Assembly (NCBI GenBank): GCA_003427395.1
Contig: BFEA01000001.1
Location: 5,392,203-5,456,202 of the forward strand
Direction: 5' to 3'
Length of the DNA stretch: 64,000 bases
Source: Chara braunii
Taxonomy: Eukaryota; Plantae; Charophyceae
Each line of letters starts with the position of its first letter. Within the stretch, counting starts at the first letter, position 1. Of this stretch, positions 46,920 through 59,361 are shown piece by piece. The notes under the pieces were generated by a model that saw only the letters and a list, made by a program, of their open reading frames with translations, had not been told where the DNA came from and did not search any database. Made by a program: the position numbers and the translations under genes.

Positions 46920-47275
46920 CACATGTAGAGAACCTAAGTCCAATATGGACCTAACACACCTGAAGCGCACTGCAGACTCAATCTTAAATGAAAATGAAAA
47001 AGATGAGAGCATACGGTGGAACCGGTGAACCATTCGAATCTCTTTTCGAATGGGGCAGAGGGCTCGTAGTACCTTTATTTACAGCAGCAGCCTAGCAATA
47101 GGCGCGCAGCGCAGCGCTGGTCTGGTTGTGTACACAGTCAGCAGACGGGAAGGAGCCTAAATCGATGGACTCGAAAGAGCACATCGCATACTTGAGCAGT
47201 ACGAATCCGTCGGCGGTCGGGTGAGACTAACTAAGCAGTCGTTGGCTGCTTCGACATCTACCGACTTCGTACCCT
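46920..47275 (+). other. Possible further organellar fragment resembling domain I of a plant mitochondrial group II intron
   Basis: CGGTGGAACCGGTGAACC, hairpin CCATTCGAA/TTCGAATGG, GGGGCAGAGGGCTCGTAGTACC. It lies next to the atp6 NUMT. The resemblance is from memory only. Confidence 0.35.
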
Positions 47276-48048
47276 TTGGAAATCAATTAAATTGTATGTT
47301 TCAACTACAACGCCTTATGTAATGCTAAGTCAATAAATGTGTATCAACAATATTTTTCGTATTTAAAACAAAAATAAAAATAATTACTAGGCTATATGAG
47401 GCATACAAATTTAATCAAATATTAAATAAGGTATACATACCATTCGATATATTTATTTATTTTTTCCAAAAATATAGTTAAGCGTTGAAATAAAATTAAT
47501 TAATGTAATATAATTAATATTTAAATGGTTTAGTAACTCCAATAAAGAGTAAAACACAAATAGTAGTTTTTTTTTTTTTTTAATTAATAATAGATATATG
47601 CAATATAGCAAACTAACTGGTCGTAATTTGCCTCATATCGACTTATTTTAGATATTCACAAAACTTCGTACTAACGGATATTACAAAATTAAATCTTAGT
47701 ACCACCAACCTTTTCAAATATTGAATATTGTCTTTCATCAATATCAATAACAAAAACCAAACATTATTTATATTTTGGTTTCAGCCACTACTATTAATTT
47801 GTAATCAAACATTTCATGAATAATAAAAGTAAATAATTTTAATTTATTTACCTTCATCTAATTTATTTTGCTTATAAATATTTTGAAAGGATATGGAGAG
47901 TTATTTTTATTTAGCAATCTGGTTTTATGTTCATTTTAGTCGGTGATCATATCTCATTTTTTAAGGTTAAAGTTAACGCAAAAATATGTAAAAAAAAAGT
48001 TTGTTTATAAAAAACTCGAATAATTTACAAATGTTTTACGTCAGAATT

Positions 48049-50100
48049 TAGGCTACCAGTCGGGCCACCCGGATCACCTCTGGACAGCCAGGCTATGCAA
48101 GGACCAAGAAAGGTCCTAAAAAAAAAAAATGAAAACAAACTATTATCTTAGGATCACATCAAAATTAATTATTAACTTTTTATTTATGTATTTTCATCTC
48201 GGCTAGGCAAGTGGTCATGAGCCACTTTGGTAGCCTATGTCTATATGTTATTGTTTTTGAAAACTCAAATAACTACTTAGTTAATATATATATATAAAAA
48301 GTTGTCGTCGTTCGGGACGGGCCGAACGCCAGAACCCGAACGGTCGAACGTTCGGCACCCCCTCTCAACGCGTTCGATATATATATATATACTCAAGGTT
48401 GCCGCCGTTCGGAACGGGCCGAACGCCCGAACCCGAACGGCCGAACGTTCGGCGCCCCCTCTCAACGCGTCCGGCCGAAGGTAGACCCCCCCCACCCCCC
48501 CTACCCAAAAAAAATAAAAAATAAAAATAAAAATAAAGTCCAAAACATCTGAAATAAAATATATGTTACGCATAAGAATAAACTAAACAACATTTGCCTC
48601 AACGTTGCATGCAAATTCTTTGCCAAATTTGAAATAAAAATTAAATACTACATAATAATAATAACAATAATAAATTAAAAATTAAAAAAAATAAAGCGAG
48701 AATGAAATTATTGAGTGGGCGAGCACGTTTTTAACATCGCCATCTTTAGCGATTTTTTTTTTTTTTTTTACTGTGGCAAATGCTATGAATATATATATGT
48801 ATATATATCGTCACAAATATATATATATATATATATGTGTACCTTACATAATAGAGAATCTACGAATAACGTTTGAAAAAATAATAATTTTTTAATGCCC
48901 TGAAATAAAGGAAAAACAACAAGTGAAAAAAGATAACAAACAAATTATTGAGTGGGCAAGCAAGTTTTGACACCACCATCTTTGAGGATTTTTCATTTTG
49001 TTTTGGCTGGACAGAATGACTTCAAAATTAAGAGGGAGATACCTTACATCACAAAGAACTCACAAAAAAAAAAATCAGAAAAAAACAAATAATATTTAGG
49101 TGCCAAAATAGTTTTTTGCGGGGTCCGAACCCCTTCAAGTTCGGGCCCCGTACGGGGACCCGAACGCCCAAACGTTCGGGGGTCAGCTTAGGGGCCTCCG
49201 TACGTTCGGCCTGGCAACCCTTTACACATATAATATTTTTTTGTTTATATTTATTACTACATAGTATATACCACTATATATTGATGAGATTACATTATGG
49301 AGTACAAATCGTATAATGTATGTTGAATCTGTAAAAATATTGCAAGTATTTAATTTTGGTTGGTTAAAAAGATTGACAAACAAACCTGAATTAATCCATC
49401 AAAAAATAATAATTGTAAAGTGTTGGATCACTCAGACTTATTTTATTTCAAATTAAAAATATAGTTCGTTAGCTTTAGTAGACTGTAAAAAAACTTCATA
49501 AACTTACAAACCATAACTAAATATTCAGGTTATCTTCAATGTTACATATGTATGACTAGAAACAGCGTCACAACGGCGCGGGTTTTCTTTTTCTGAAAAC
49601 TACCATCAGAGTTGTATCGTATTTTTTTGTCCAAATCCACCTTTAGCGCTGACTCCATTTTTTCAAATATAATGCTTATAAGGGCAGATGGCGTTCGGGT
49701 TCGATCGAACTGCAAACACCGAACGGCCGAAAGTTGGACCCCCCTTTGAAAGGCATTAATCCCAACCCGAACGTAAAAAAAAAATATATATATATATATA
49801 TATTAAAAAAAAAAACCATATATTATTTACCTCGATTACTACAGTGCCTCGAGACCACTTGTGCCTAGTCAGGCCCAACAACATATAAAAAAAATCAATA
49901 AATAAAAAAAATAAAATTTATTTTTTATTTTTTTTTTGGTAAAAAATTAATATGTGGCCCTGTGGCAAACGTTGTTCAACTTACTTTTCTGCATAACATA
50001 GTTTTTTTTTTTTTTTTTTTTTGCCGGACCTTCCATAGTCCTTGTACGGCTGGACCGCCCGGGGAAACAGCGTGACCCGGGCGGCCTGGCTGGTAGCCTA
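48049..50100. mobile_element. Nest of hAT-like MITEs forming a ~2-kb inverted structure
   Basis: Outer termini TAGGCTACCAG (48049) and CTGGTAGCCTA (50100). 48049-48237 is repeated in inverted form at ~49830-50100. An inner element runs CAAGGTTGCC (48394) to GGCAACCCTT (49222) with clustered CCGAAC/GTTCGG subterminal motifs. No clean 8-bp TSD was found. Confidence 0.65.
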
Positions 50101-50170
50101 GTTATATACTTTATTTTTATTTTTGGGGGGCTCGGTTGAGCAAAAGGTCATGGGCCACTTTGATAGCTTA

Positions 50171-50204
50171 CTCTTATACACATCTAGATGTGTATAAGAG
50201 ACAG
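50171..50204. other. Nextera/Tn5 mosaic-end mate-pair junction adapter (assembly artefact)
   Basis: CTCTTATACACATCT+AGATGTGTATAAGAGACAG is the Nextera junction adapter missing its first 4 bases. GGTCATGGGCCACTTTGA is duplicated on both sides. Confidence 0.97.
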
Positions 50205-53139
50205 GTCATGGGCCACTTTGAGCTTATAATGTTTGTTTTTTTTTTTATTTTAAATCAGCAGCCACTTAACTATTGATTGACTAATTGAATGATCAGTGAT
50301 TTATTATTTGATAGAAAAAAAAAAAACACAATGGTGTGTGTGGGNCTTCCCCCCCCCCCCCCGCTCTCTCTCTTTCTCTCTCTTTTCATATCTCTTTCTT
50401 TCCCCCTTTCTCTCTCTCTCGCAAAGTCTCCCCCTCGCTCTTCCTCCCCCCTCTTTTTGTTTTCTCCTACTTTTTTTTTTCTCTCCCTCTTCCTCTTAGA
50501 GTTATATATATATATATAACTCTATCTCTATCTTTCTATCTATCTAACTCAAATACTCCTCTCACACGTTCTCCCTCCCATTTATCTCTCACTCCACCTT
50601 GCTTACTCCCCCCGTCTGTAAGTCGGTCTTTCAGTCAGTCTCCCTCTCCCTCTTTCTCATATGCTTTGTAAATGGGGCGGGATAGGGCGGCGCGGGATCT
50701 CAGTGATACAATGAATCTTTGGGCAGCTTTTGCAGGGAACATCCCCGACCCCTGCAGTTATTCCCTCCCCCCCCCTAGACCCTAGTGAACACATCGCACA
50801 CACTCGACGACACTCAGACAGACTCGTAACTCACTGAAAGTGTTATGAGTCTCTTGGAGTGTGTATGAGTGTGTTCGATGGAGAATGGTGGGAGTGGGAG
50901 GGAAGGTTGGAGATGGCAGGATGAAGGTGGAGGATGGTGGGAGGGAGGATGGAGATGGTGGAAGAGGAGGTACGTGGTGACGGGAGGGAGGCAAAGGACG
51001 TGAGAGGTAGGTGAAAGATGGTGGAAGAAAATAAATGAAGTCAAATGGCAATGACGATCACCTGCACAACTGAAAGGCGACACAACAAAACGAAGTGCAC
51101 TCCCTCCTTAGGCCCGCTGCATTCCTCATCGAATTCAAATGCGTTGAAAAAACGTGGTGCATGAGGAGATCCAATGTAAATCTTCGATGTAGATTTTACA
51201 ACGGTGATTAGCACTCGAAGCACACAAGCTTTTTAAGGGCCCCCCTCCTGCAGAAAAAAATAATGATGCATAAGGGGACCTTAAAAATTTTGCGCGAGGT
51301 TAAAACTGGTCCCAGCGTCCTTGAAATGTCCTCTGGGCCAGCACTCGGGGCTGCACGACGGTTGTACGGCCGGGCCGCATCCATGCATATCAAGGGGGGT
51401 CGTGCGCACGAAAATCAAGTTTATATTTTAAACGTATTGATTTATAAACGATGTTTACCAAAATACGATTGTTTTTTATTTTTGTGGTTGGGAGGAAACT
51501 GAAACACCACCCTACTCCCCGAAATGGAATCTCTTAAATTAGCACATGTAACCTTCGACGCATCCTCCTGAGGATGACCGATTCTGACACCGGTTGAAAC
51601 ACCGACGCATCCCCCTATGGATGATCGACTCTGATACATGTCGAAACGCATGCGTTGCGGACCGCCAGCGTAAGCCCATGAGGTGCCTACTTGTAGCACT
51701 TTTTGTCGTAGTGTACATCCTGCCATAATTTTCAAAGTGTTAAAGCTTCGTTTTGAGAGGACGTAATTGTGGGTTACTGCATGTGTATGAAACTGTTTTG
51801 TGTGGAAGTGCTTGCCCGATTCTTCAGAGCTGGATAGACTAACCCGCTGCAGATTTCTGCATCAAAGCGCTATTTTACCCTACCCCTCACGCCATTCTTT
51901 TATCCAATTTCACCTGGCGGCATAACTTCACAATTGTTTTTCGATTTTTGCAAATGTTCACTTGGTTTGCCATCGGGGCTCGAGACCAAAAGTACATTCC
52001 ATGTAGTGATCTGTTAATACTTTTTATTTGCTTCATATTCATAAATGCATCATGTTTCTAGATGCTTTGTTATCCCTTTTGTTGAGTCGGACAACTTTCT
52101 GTCTTATAGAGTGCTCACACTGCAGTTCGGGCGACTCATAACCAGTATGACAATTCATGCCAGACTTTTAGCCACATTGGCAATAATTCCCTTCTTTCCT
52201 CAATAATGGACTGATTTTTGGGATATTTACAAATGGTTACACCACCCGTACATTTCCTTGTCAAATCAAATATAAGGCTTGTTTACTGGTGCAACTTTCG
52301 AGGATTGGCTTGTGGATCAAAATGGTTGGCGGTGCTAGCCAAAAGGAGGCCAACGCTGGTTCATTTTCTTTTCGCGTGCACGTGGTTTCCATCCCGAAAA
52401 AAAAGTGTCTCGGAACGTGGTTTCCATCCCCCAAAAAAGTGTCTCGAAAGTATTAAAGCTTAAAAAAAACAATGCGCATCACTCGCGAAATAAGGGATGA
52501 ACACATTGATAATCATCAGCCATGTCTTGAAGTGTTGCAAAAGACGACATCACCACCTTCCTCCAGTAAATTGTATGAACGACATGCCTTGTGTCATGTA
52601 GGTGAGGTTTTCTAGTTCACTACGTTTGTTGCTTTTATTCTTTTATTTTATTACTTCCCATCTTGTTTAGTTTTCTTTTCCTTCTGTTTTCTTCATGTTT
52701 TTTTCTCGTCTCTATCAACGTACGGTCTTTCTAAATTGCCCATGTTATCTTGTGTAATTAATTTTATTATTATTATTTTTCAGAAATAAACCGGGTTTTT
52801 GCTATTTTTTTTGACTTTTTCCTCATTTTTCTACTTTTCATTTCCCCCCCACCTTTTTGCTTTCCTTGCTTTATCATTCATTCAATCATTGTAGCAATTG
52901 GATGATGGACTCATCTTTCTTTCCATCCATCTATCATCGAGTCGAACAAAATATGCCAATTTGTCATTCAATGAGGCCTTGCTGGCCTTACAAGTGCAAT
53001 ACACAGATCACAATTGCTCACACCCAATCAAGGCACAATTTGGCCCCTGTTAGATAAACACTTGACAAACCAAGCTGCCAATTCGAAAACAGATTTTACA
53101 TTCATTGAAGTATAGTAGGCGCGAAAACCCCCTCCTAGC

Positions 53140-53700
53140 CACCAGGTGACCAGCAAGGAAGGGTACCTACATTTCTACAAAATAATATTCTCAACAAATA
53201 GGACCTAAATGGGAATGGGGCAAGGCCCCCCAGTAGGAGATGTTAGCCGAAATAATCACAATTTTTACGTTACAAAAAAGGGAGATAGGGCCGATGTTTG
53301 AAATCACCTGGCCGACAATATAGCTGCCATAGACGAATACGATCTTCGGTAAAATCATGGAGGCTAGACTGCAGGGATTGATTTAGCGTTTGATTCCACC
53401 GGTCTCAAACAACATTTATAAGGGGATGAAAAATCCTGCAGAATATTACGATGGCGAGGCAACTCTTAGGATCAAAGAAGAGTTGAGAATGCGTATTGTG
53501 GACCTTGGACATCCGACAGAGTTCGGGAAAAGGATCGGTTTTGCGGGGTGACGAAAGGTTGACAATACTTCTTCTGAACCTTGAACACCCGATAGAGTTG
53601 GGTGAGAATCTCCCCAAGTCCTAGACAACTCTCTCTACCTTTGGGTTAAACCCCACACTTAAACGAGCAGTGAATATCTTATTACATCCGGGTAGCTGCT
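53140..53700 (+). pseudogene. L1/Tx1-like LINE reverse transcriptase, N-terminal half, degenerate
   Basis: Frameshifted motifs KKGDRADV, IFGKIMEARLQGLI*RLIPP, SQTTFIRG*KILQNITMARQLL, LTILLLNLE..DRVG and FGLNPTLKRAVNILL occur in the standard non-LTR RT order. Confidence 0.75.
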
Positions 53701-54059
53701 CTCAGCCATGATTCGGCGAGAAATTGCCGATCGCAGATGAGGCAAGGTTGCCTGCTTGCCCCTTACCTGTACATCCCATATGTCAAAATCTTACACACTC
53801 TCAGTATGAACAATTCAGCGGTGTCAGGGTTTCTCCTTCCTCGATGGGACAATCCGAATCTCAGGTGTTTGAGTATGACACTGTAGTCATCACGCCCTTC
53901 AAGATGATGGGCCTTTCAAGCTTTATAACAATCGCCCGCCAAGCCCCGCGCAAGCCCCTAGGTGATGGCCGCCGTATGGGCCGTACATCACCCAACGACT
54001 TGAACATCGACGTCCCCCGACCATGTTTGTGCCGGAGTGGGAATATCCACGTGGCGAAC

Positions 54060-54273
54060 GTTCGATGTGCTGATGCCAGCGAAGGGAGTACGGTAGCAAC
54101 GGAAAACATAGAGTGGCACAAGGCTAACCGGAGACGTGCCGGTCGCAGCGAAGGAAAACATCGTACGATGTGCTGACGCCAGCACAGCAGTTGAAGGGAG
54201 TACAGTAGCAACGGGAAACATCGAGCGGCACAAGGCTAACCGGAGATGTGGCAGTCGCAGCGAAGGAAAACAT
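54060..54273. repeat. ~110-bp two-copy tandem duplication
   Basis: CGATGTGCTGA.GCCAGC...GAAGGGAGTAC.GTAGCAACGG...GGCACAAGGCTAACCGGAGA...GTCGCAGCGAAGGAAAACATC occurs twice. Confidence 0.9.
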
Positions 54274-55440
54274 CAGTGAAAGAATACCTGCTACATCAGC
54301 AACGGTGGCAGAGATGGAGACGGAGACCAGGTCTGATGGGGGACTGTGGGACACCCCTCGTGCCCTGCAGGGCCGTGGAGGCAGATTCTGCACTGTTGAT
54401 TGTGACCTTGTATAAACAACAACAGGAGGAGATGCATGCGGTGCTGAGTCAAGAACATGACAACTTACCGCATGATATTTCGTTGGAGGGAGAGGGGATC
54501 TTTGATGGATGGGAGGAGGAACTGCATGTGCAGATCTCTCTCCCACATTTGGTCATGAATGACAGAGCGCAGGCAATGGCTGTCCTGCACGAGTGCGCTG
54601 GGATGCTGACGCAGGTGAAAGACATATTTGCCGAGCTTCTAGCGAGAAGAGCCGTAGGCGGTCCACTAGGTGAGTTGTTCTCATCCGAATGCCAGCATAG
54701 CGTGACACACACAGATTCAACAATATCAACAACATCAACATCGGCAACATGAGCAACATCGACAATAACAACATCAACACGAACAACAGTGACATCACGA
54801 ATTACTCCACTCCGTGTCCAGCAACAGCAGCCAGTTGCTCATGCGTGTGAAGAATTGGGTGATGATCACACGATATCAGCACCATTTGAGGACTGTCAGC
54901 CTCAGCCTGTTGTAGTGAACAATGGAGATTCGATGGACGTGGAATCAGCGACCCGGGCACCTGTTTCGATAGTTTTTCTGAGATCTGTTTCACTATCTTA
55001 CCAACAGTCCACTGAAGATCAAACGGCATTATCATCATCGTTTGACGCTACGAGGACCAACGGTGCTTTGGGGAAGGTAGGTGATGCAGTTCCCCCGCTT
55101 GTTCTGGAAAGTTTTTTGAAGATTGATTCGTCATCTACTCAGCAGTCTGATGCTGGCAATGACACCATGTGTGATGAATTACCGCACCATGGGGACGAGG
55201 ACAGGGCTTTTTTTGATTCAACAATGACAGAGCATCCTCCCCCAGAGGTTAAAATCAATGAGCTTCGGCACGGTACAACCATGAGGAACGAAAACGACGG
55301 CCAGAAGCATGCCCAAAGCTTTGCTGTAGTCGGGGCGAGTGATATTTCCCCCCTTGCGCCGTGGTCAAGATACACGAGGGCAGCGCTGCAGCTCGATTCT
55401 TTCCATACGAATGGTATGCACCACTCCATAACGGGGGTCG
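54246..55440 (+). pseudogene. Disrupted uncharacterised coding-like segment inserted in the LINE remnant
   Basis: Consecutive ORFs of 168 and 238 aa on the same strand with a CAA-rich low-complexity linker. No recognisable domain. Confidence 0.3.
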
Positions 55441-55449
55441 GGCAGTCTT

Positions 55450-56720
55450 CGTGCAACCAGAGGGTCTTGCGATTTCGGACCCAGGAAGACCGATTGGAGC
55501 GTTGATGGCCAGATGGGTGCCCTGAGTGCGCAATCACGGATGGACCGTTGCGTTGCACTCTTGTTGGGATTGGAGACACTCTGTCGGCTGGTTGGCAGCT
55601 CTGAATCCGTATCTCTTACCTGAGGGAAAAAGTCTCACCTGCAATGTGGTCTGGGATCCTTAAGCCACTTAACGTTCGGGAAAATAGGGAAAACTGGCAG
55701 TTTTCCCAAACTCCGTACAAGTTGGGGACTGGGCCCGACGACGACCGCCATTGATAAATCTCATCGGTGGCCGTTGCTTCGTTTCGGCCCCTAAGAGATC
55801 GGAGACCCACCCAAGACTCCCTATTTTCCCAACCATCAAAGGTACTCGCGGTCTAAGGAGTGGTTGTCCACTTTTTCAACCGCCAATATTGATTCCCGAG
55901 AGGCTGATGATGCAGCCGTAGTTCGATAACTGGCCATTCTTACTGCGCAAGGCACCCTGTTCCCATTCACATGTTTTGCCACCAGGGCGGGGTAGGGACG
56001 ATGGAAGACGTTTGGAACAATGAAACAGTGAATTGAAAGAGGAAACAGTCCCCTCTGACCAAAATTGTCAGGCGTGTGGAACCAAAACATACATTGTCAG
56101 GTGCGCGGAACCAAAACATCCATTCGACATCGGGCGGCCTAGCCCAGTTGGTTTCGCACGCAAGTGGCATTCGGGAGGTCGAGGGTTCAATTCCCCGTGG
56201 GGAACCTGTGGCGTGCTTGGTGTTCGCCAGGCGAGGTAGGTGGGTTGCCCTCCCCACTTGGTCTTGGCAGGGTACCGGGTTCTCCTGGAGGCCTTCGCCC
56301 CTACCAGTCCTGGCTGGGGTTTAGTTCATATGCCCGGTATTGGTTGCCCCTAATTGGTAGATGTCGCTCTGGCTAGCCCCTGCTTGGTAGATGTAGCCCT
56401 GGCCAGGTAGACGTGGGCATGTAGTGTAAGGGATACTTGAGAGAAGAATATGGCTTGGTTTGAAAAAAAACATCCATTTGACTAACCTCCAACAGGCCAT
56501 TCCACCAGGATGACTTCCACCCCTTTTCCTTGGCGGTCGCTTACTTGCCAGTGGACCCTAGGGATCGGGGCTGGGCCGACCCGATTAAACCAGACAGAAG
56601 TCCTTTTGCACCCGTATTCCACTCGGTTGGGCCACCATCACATCTCCAGACCACAGGTTCATGTTAATTGGATTGTCGCCGGCCTCCGCATCCCTTGGGC
56701 CTCCCAGTTCCTAGCCACCC
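55450..56720 (+). pseudogene. Post-RT part of an L1/Tx1-like ORF2, degenerate, interrupted by a SINE
   Basis: EGLAISDPGRPIGALMARWV (~55460-55520) fits the GGLG..D....ALL.KW motif that follows LINE RT domains. The downstream extent is uncertain. Confidence 0.5.
56129..56466 (+). mobile_element. tRNA-derived SINE, ~338 bp, with 16-bp TSD
   Basis: Head ATCGGGCGGCCTAGCCCAGTTGG...GCACGCAAGTGGCATTCGGGAGGTCGAGGGTTCAATTCCCC and an A tail. TSD AAAACATCCATT(C/T)GAC at 56113-56128 and 56467-56482. Confidence 0.92.
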
Positions 56721-56833
56721 TTTGACCACAGCGGACTCACTGGAAAGCCAATTTCCAACTGTTGCGGAGAGTGGCAGTTTAAAGCACTGCCCCCCTCAAC
56801 TCGCATTCGTCTAAGCCAAGGTGTGCACCACCC

Positions 56834-56908
56834 TGTGGAAGCCCGGCCTGATACATCAGACCCCACAACTTGTGGAAGCCCGGCCTGATACATCAGACCC
56901 CACAACTT
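56834..56908. repeat. 37-bp two-copy tandem duplication
   Basis: TGTGGAAGCCCGGCCTGATACATCAGACCCCACAACT occurs twice. Confidence 0.92.
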
Positions 56909-58038
56909 TTGTAAAGGGTGTCAGTGCTGGTAGTTTAACAGGTTCGCAGAGAGGCCCTCGAACCTCGAAATCGGTGTGGAGAGGTACTTCAACAACTTCC
57001 AACCATAACAGCCTGGAACAATTCTAGCACCACCCTGTTCTGATCTGTTCTGACCTGGATAGGTTTCAGGTGTGCTGTTGGGCCATATGGTTGCTCCCAC
57101 CACCCTGTTCTGACCTGTTCTGACCTGTTCNNNNNNNNNNNNNNNNNNNNNNNNNNNNNNNNNNNNNNNNNNNNNNNNNNNNNNNNNNNNNNNNNNNNNN
57201 NNNNNNNNNNNNNNNNNNNNNNNNNNNNNNNNNNNNNNNNNNNNNNNNNNNNNNNNNNNNNNNNNNNNNNNNNNNNNNNNNNNNNNNNNNNNNNNNNNNN
57301 NNNNNNNNNNNNNNNNNNNNNNNNNNNNNNNNNNNNNNNNNNNNNNNNNNNNNNNNNNNNNNNNNNNNNNNNNNNNNNNNNNNNNNNNNNNNNNNNNNNN
57401 NNNNNNNNNNNNNNNNNNNNNNNNNNNNNNNNNNNNNNNNNNNNNNNNNNNNNNNNNNNNNNNNNNNNNNNNNNNNNNNNNNNNNNNNNNNNNNNNNNNN
57501 NNNNNNNNNNNNNNNNNNNNNNNNNNNNNNNNNNNNNNNNNNNNNNNNNNNNNNNNNNNNNNNNNNNNNNNNNNNNNNNNNNNNNNNNNNNNNNNNNNNN
57601 NNNNNNNNNNNNNNNNNNNNNNNNNNNNNNNNNNNNNNNNNNNNNNNNNNNNNNNNNNNNNNNNNNNNNNNNNNNNNNNNNNNNNNNNNNNNNNNNNNNN
57701 NNNNNNNNNNNNNNNNNNNNNNNNNNNNNNNNNNNNNNNNNNNNNNNNNNNNNNNNNNNNNNNNNNNNNNNNNNNNNNNNNNNNNNNNNNNNNNNNNNNN
57801 NNNNNNNNNNNNNNNNNNNNNNNNNNNNNNNNNNNNNNNNNNNNNNNNNNNNNNNGAGGTAGACATTGGGAGGAGGAGAGAAAAGAGGTGAGACACCACT
57901 CTGAGCTACTGCAAACAATAGGTGTGCATAGGTGTGACAAAGTGAGAAAGAGCGAGATTGGAGAAGTGCCATAAGAGTTGGGTGACGACGCTCAAGTTGA
58001 GAGGGAAGGGAGCTGATGCACAGGCATGTACGTGTGCG

Positions 58039-58224
58039 TGTGTGTTGTCATCTTCGTTATACTTAACTCGACAGAGAAAGCATGACCGTGTCAGACTGTT
58101 TCGTATGACTTTCACCAACTCGTCAGCAGGGGTGTGTGTTGTCATGTTCGCTATACACACCTCCACAAACAAAGCATGACAGGGCCAGACTGTTTCATCA
58201 GACTTTCACCGACTCATCAGGAGG
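58039..58224 (-). ncRNA. Two head-to-tail ~94-bp monomers, each with a hammerhead-ribozyme-like core
   Basis: Minus strand CTGATGA-GTCGG-TGAAAGT-CTGAT-GAAA-CAG-TCTGGCC-CTG-TC (58220-58178) and CTGACGA-GTTGG-TGAAAGT-CATAC-GAAA-CAG-TCTGACA-CGG-TC (58126-58084). Stem I is imperfect. Confidence 0.6.
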
Positions 58225-58579
58225 CTTTTNNNNNNNNNNNNNNNNNNNNNNNNNNNNNNNNNNNNNNNNNNNNNNNNNNNNNNNNNNNNNNNNNNNNNNN
58301 NNNNNNNNNNNNNNNNNNNNNNNNNNNNNNNNNNNNNNNNNNNNNNNNNNNNNNNNNNNNNNNNNNNNNNNNNNNNNNNNNNNNNNNNNNNNNNNNNNNN
58401 NNNNNNNNNNNNNNNNNNNNNNNNNNNNNNNNNNNNNNNNNNNNNNNNNNNNNNNNNNNNNNNNNNNNNNNNNNNNNNNNNNNNNNNNNNNNNNNNNNNN
58501 NNNNNNNNNNNNNNNNNNNNNNNNNNNNNNNNNNNNNNNNNNNNNNNNNNNNNNNNNNNNNNNNNNNNNNNNNNNNNNN

Positions 58580-58638
<59 letters not shown>

Positions 58639-59156
58639 ATAGACACGACAGAGACGACAGGAATGTGGGATTAAATGTGCTGCATGGCGTATTGTGGTCA
58701 AAATTCAAAGCAGAGAAGCAATAGCCCAAACACAATTACTTTTCAAGGAAATGAAATCATTAAAGAATGAAAAAAAGGGGTCTCCGAAAGGCTCCCTGGC
58801 ATAGAAAGGGGGGAGCCTCATGTACTCTCTTCTATCATCCAATCATCACAATGACCAGCCAGCTTGGTCATCAGGCGGATACTGGCCTTTGACAGGCACA
58901 GAAGAGCCTCCATGCAACGAGTGCCATCAGCAAAGACGACGCGACCTCAAAGCCAACCAGCGACACCAAATCCCAACCCATCGCTCGCTGCAAATAGCTG
59001 CAATCGAACAAACAGAGGGCCACCATGTTCACAAATATGAGAGGAGGCCAAAAAAACTCCAAAGTTAAGAAATTCAAAATCTCAATTCCAAACTAGGCTA
59101 CACCAGCGGCACAGTCGGGCCCGCCCGGCATGGCACCCCCACAACCTGTCTGCCTG

Positions 59157-59252
59157 GGTAACCAGCCTGGACCAGTCATCTTGGCAAAAGTGAGAAAGGG
59201 CAACCAGCCTGGACCAGTCATCTTGGCAAAAGTGAGAAAGGGCAACCAGCCT
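59157..59252. repeat. 42-bp tandem duplication
   Basis: AACCAGCCTGGACCAGTCATCTTGGCAAAAGTGAGAAAGGGC, about 2.2 copies. Confidence 0.9.
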
Positions 59253-59361
59253 TACCAAGTTGACCCGTGTGGTTTCACCGGGCGACCCCCCCTCTGCCCA
59301 ACTGGCCCGGACGGACGTGCCTGGCCGGGCGACGGCCCAACATAGTATTTTAATAAACTTT

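Noticed and set aside
50171-50204. Horizontal transfer of a bacterial Tn5/IS50 end
   Set aside because: It is the synthetic mosaic-end junction adapter of Nextera mate-pair libraries.
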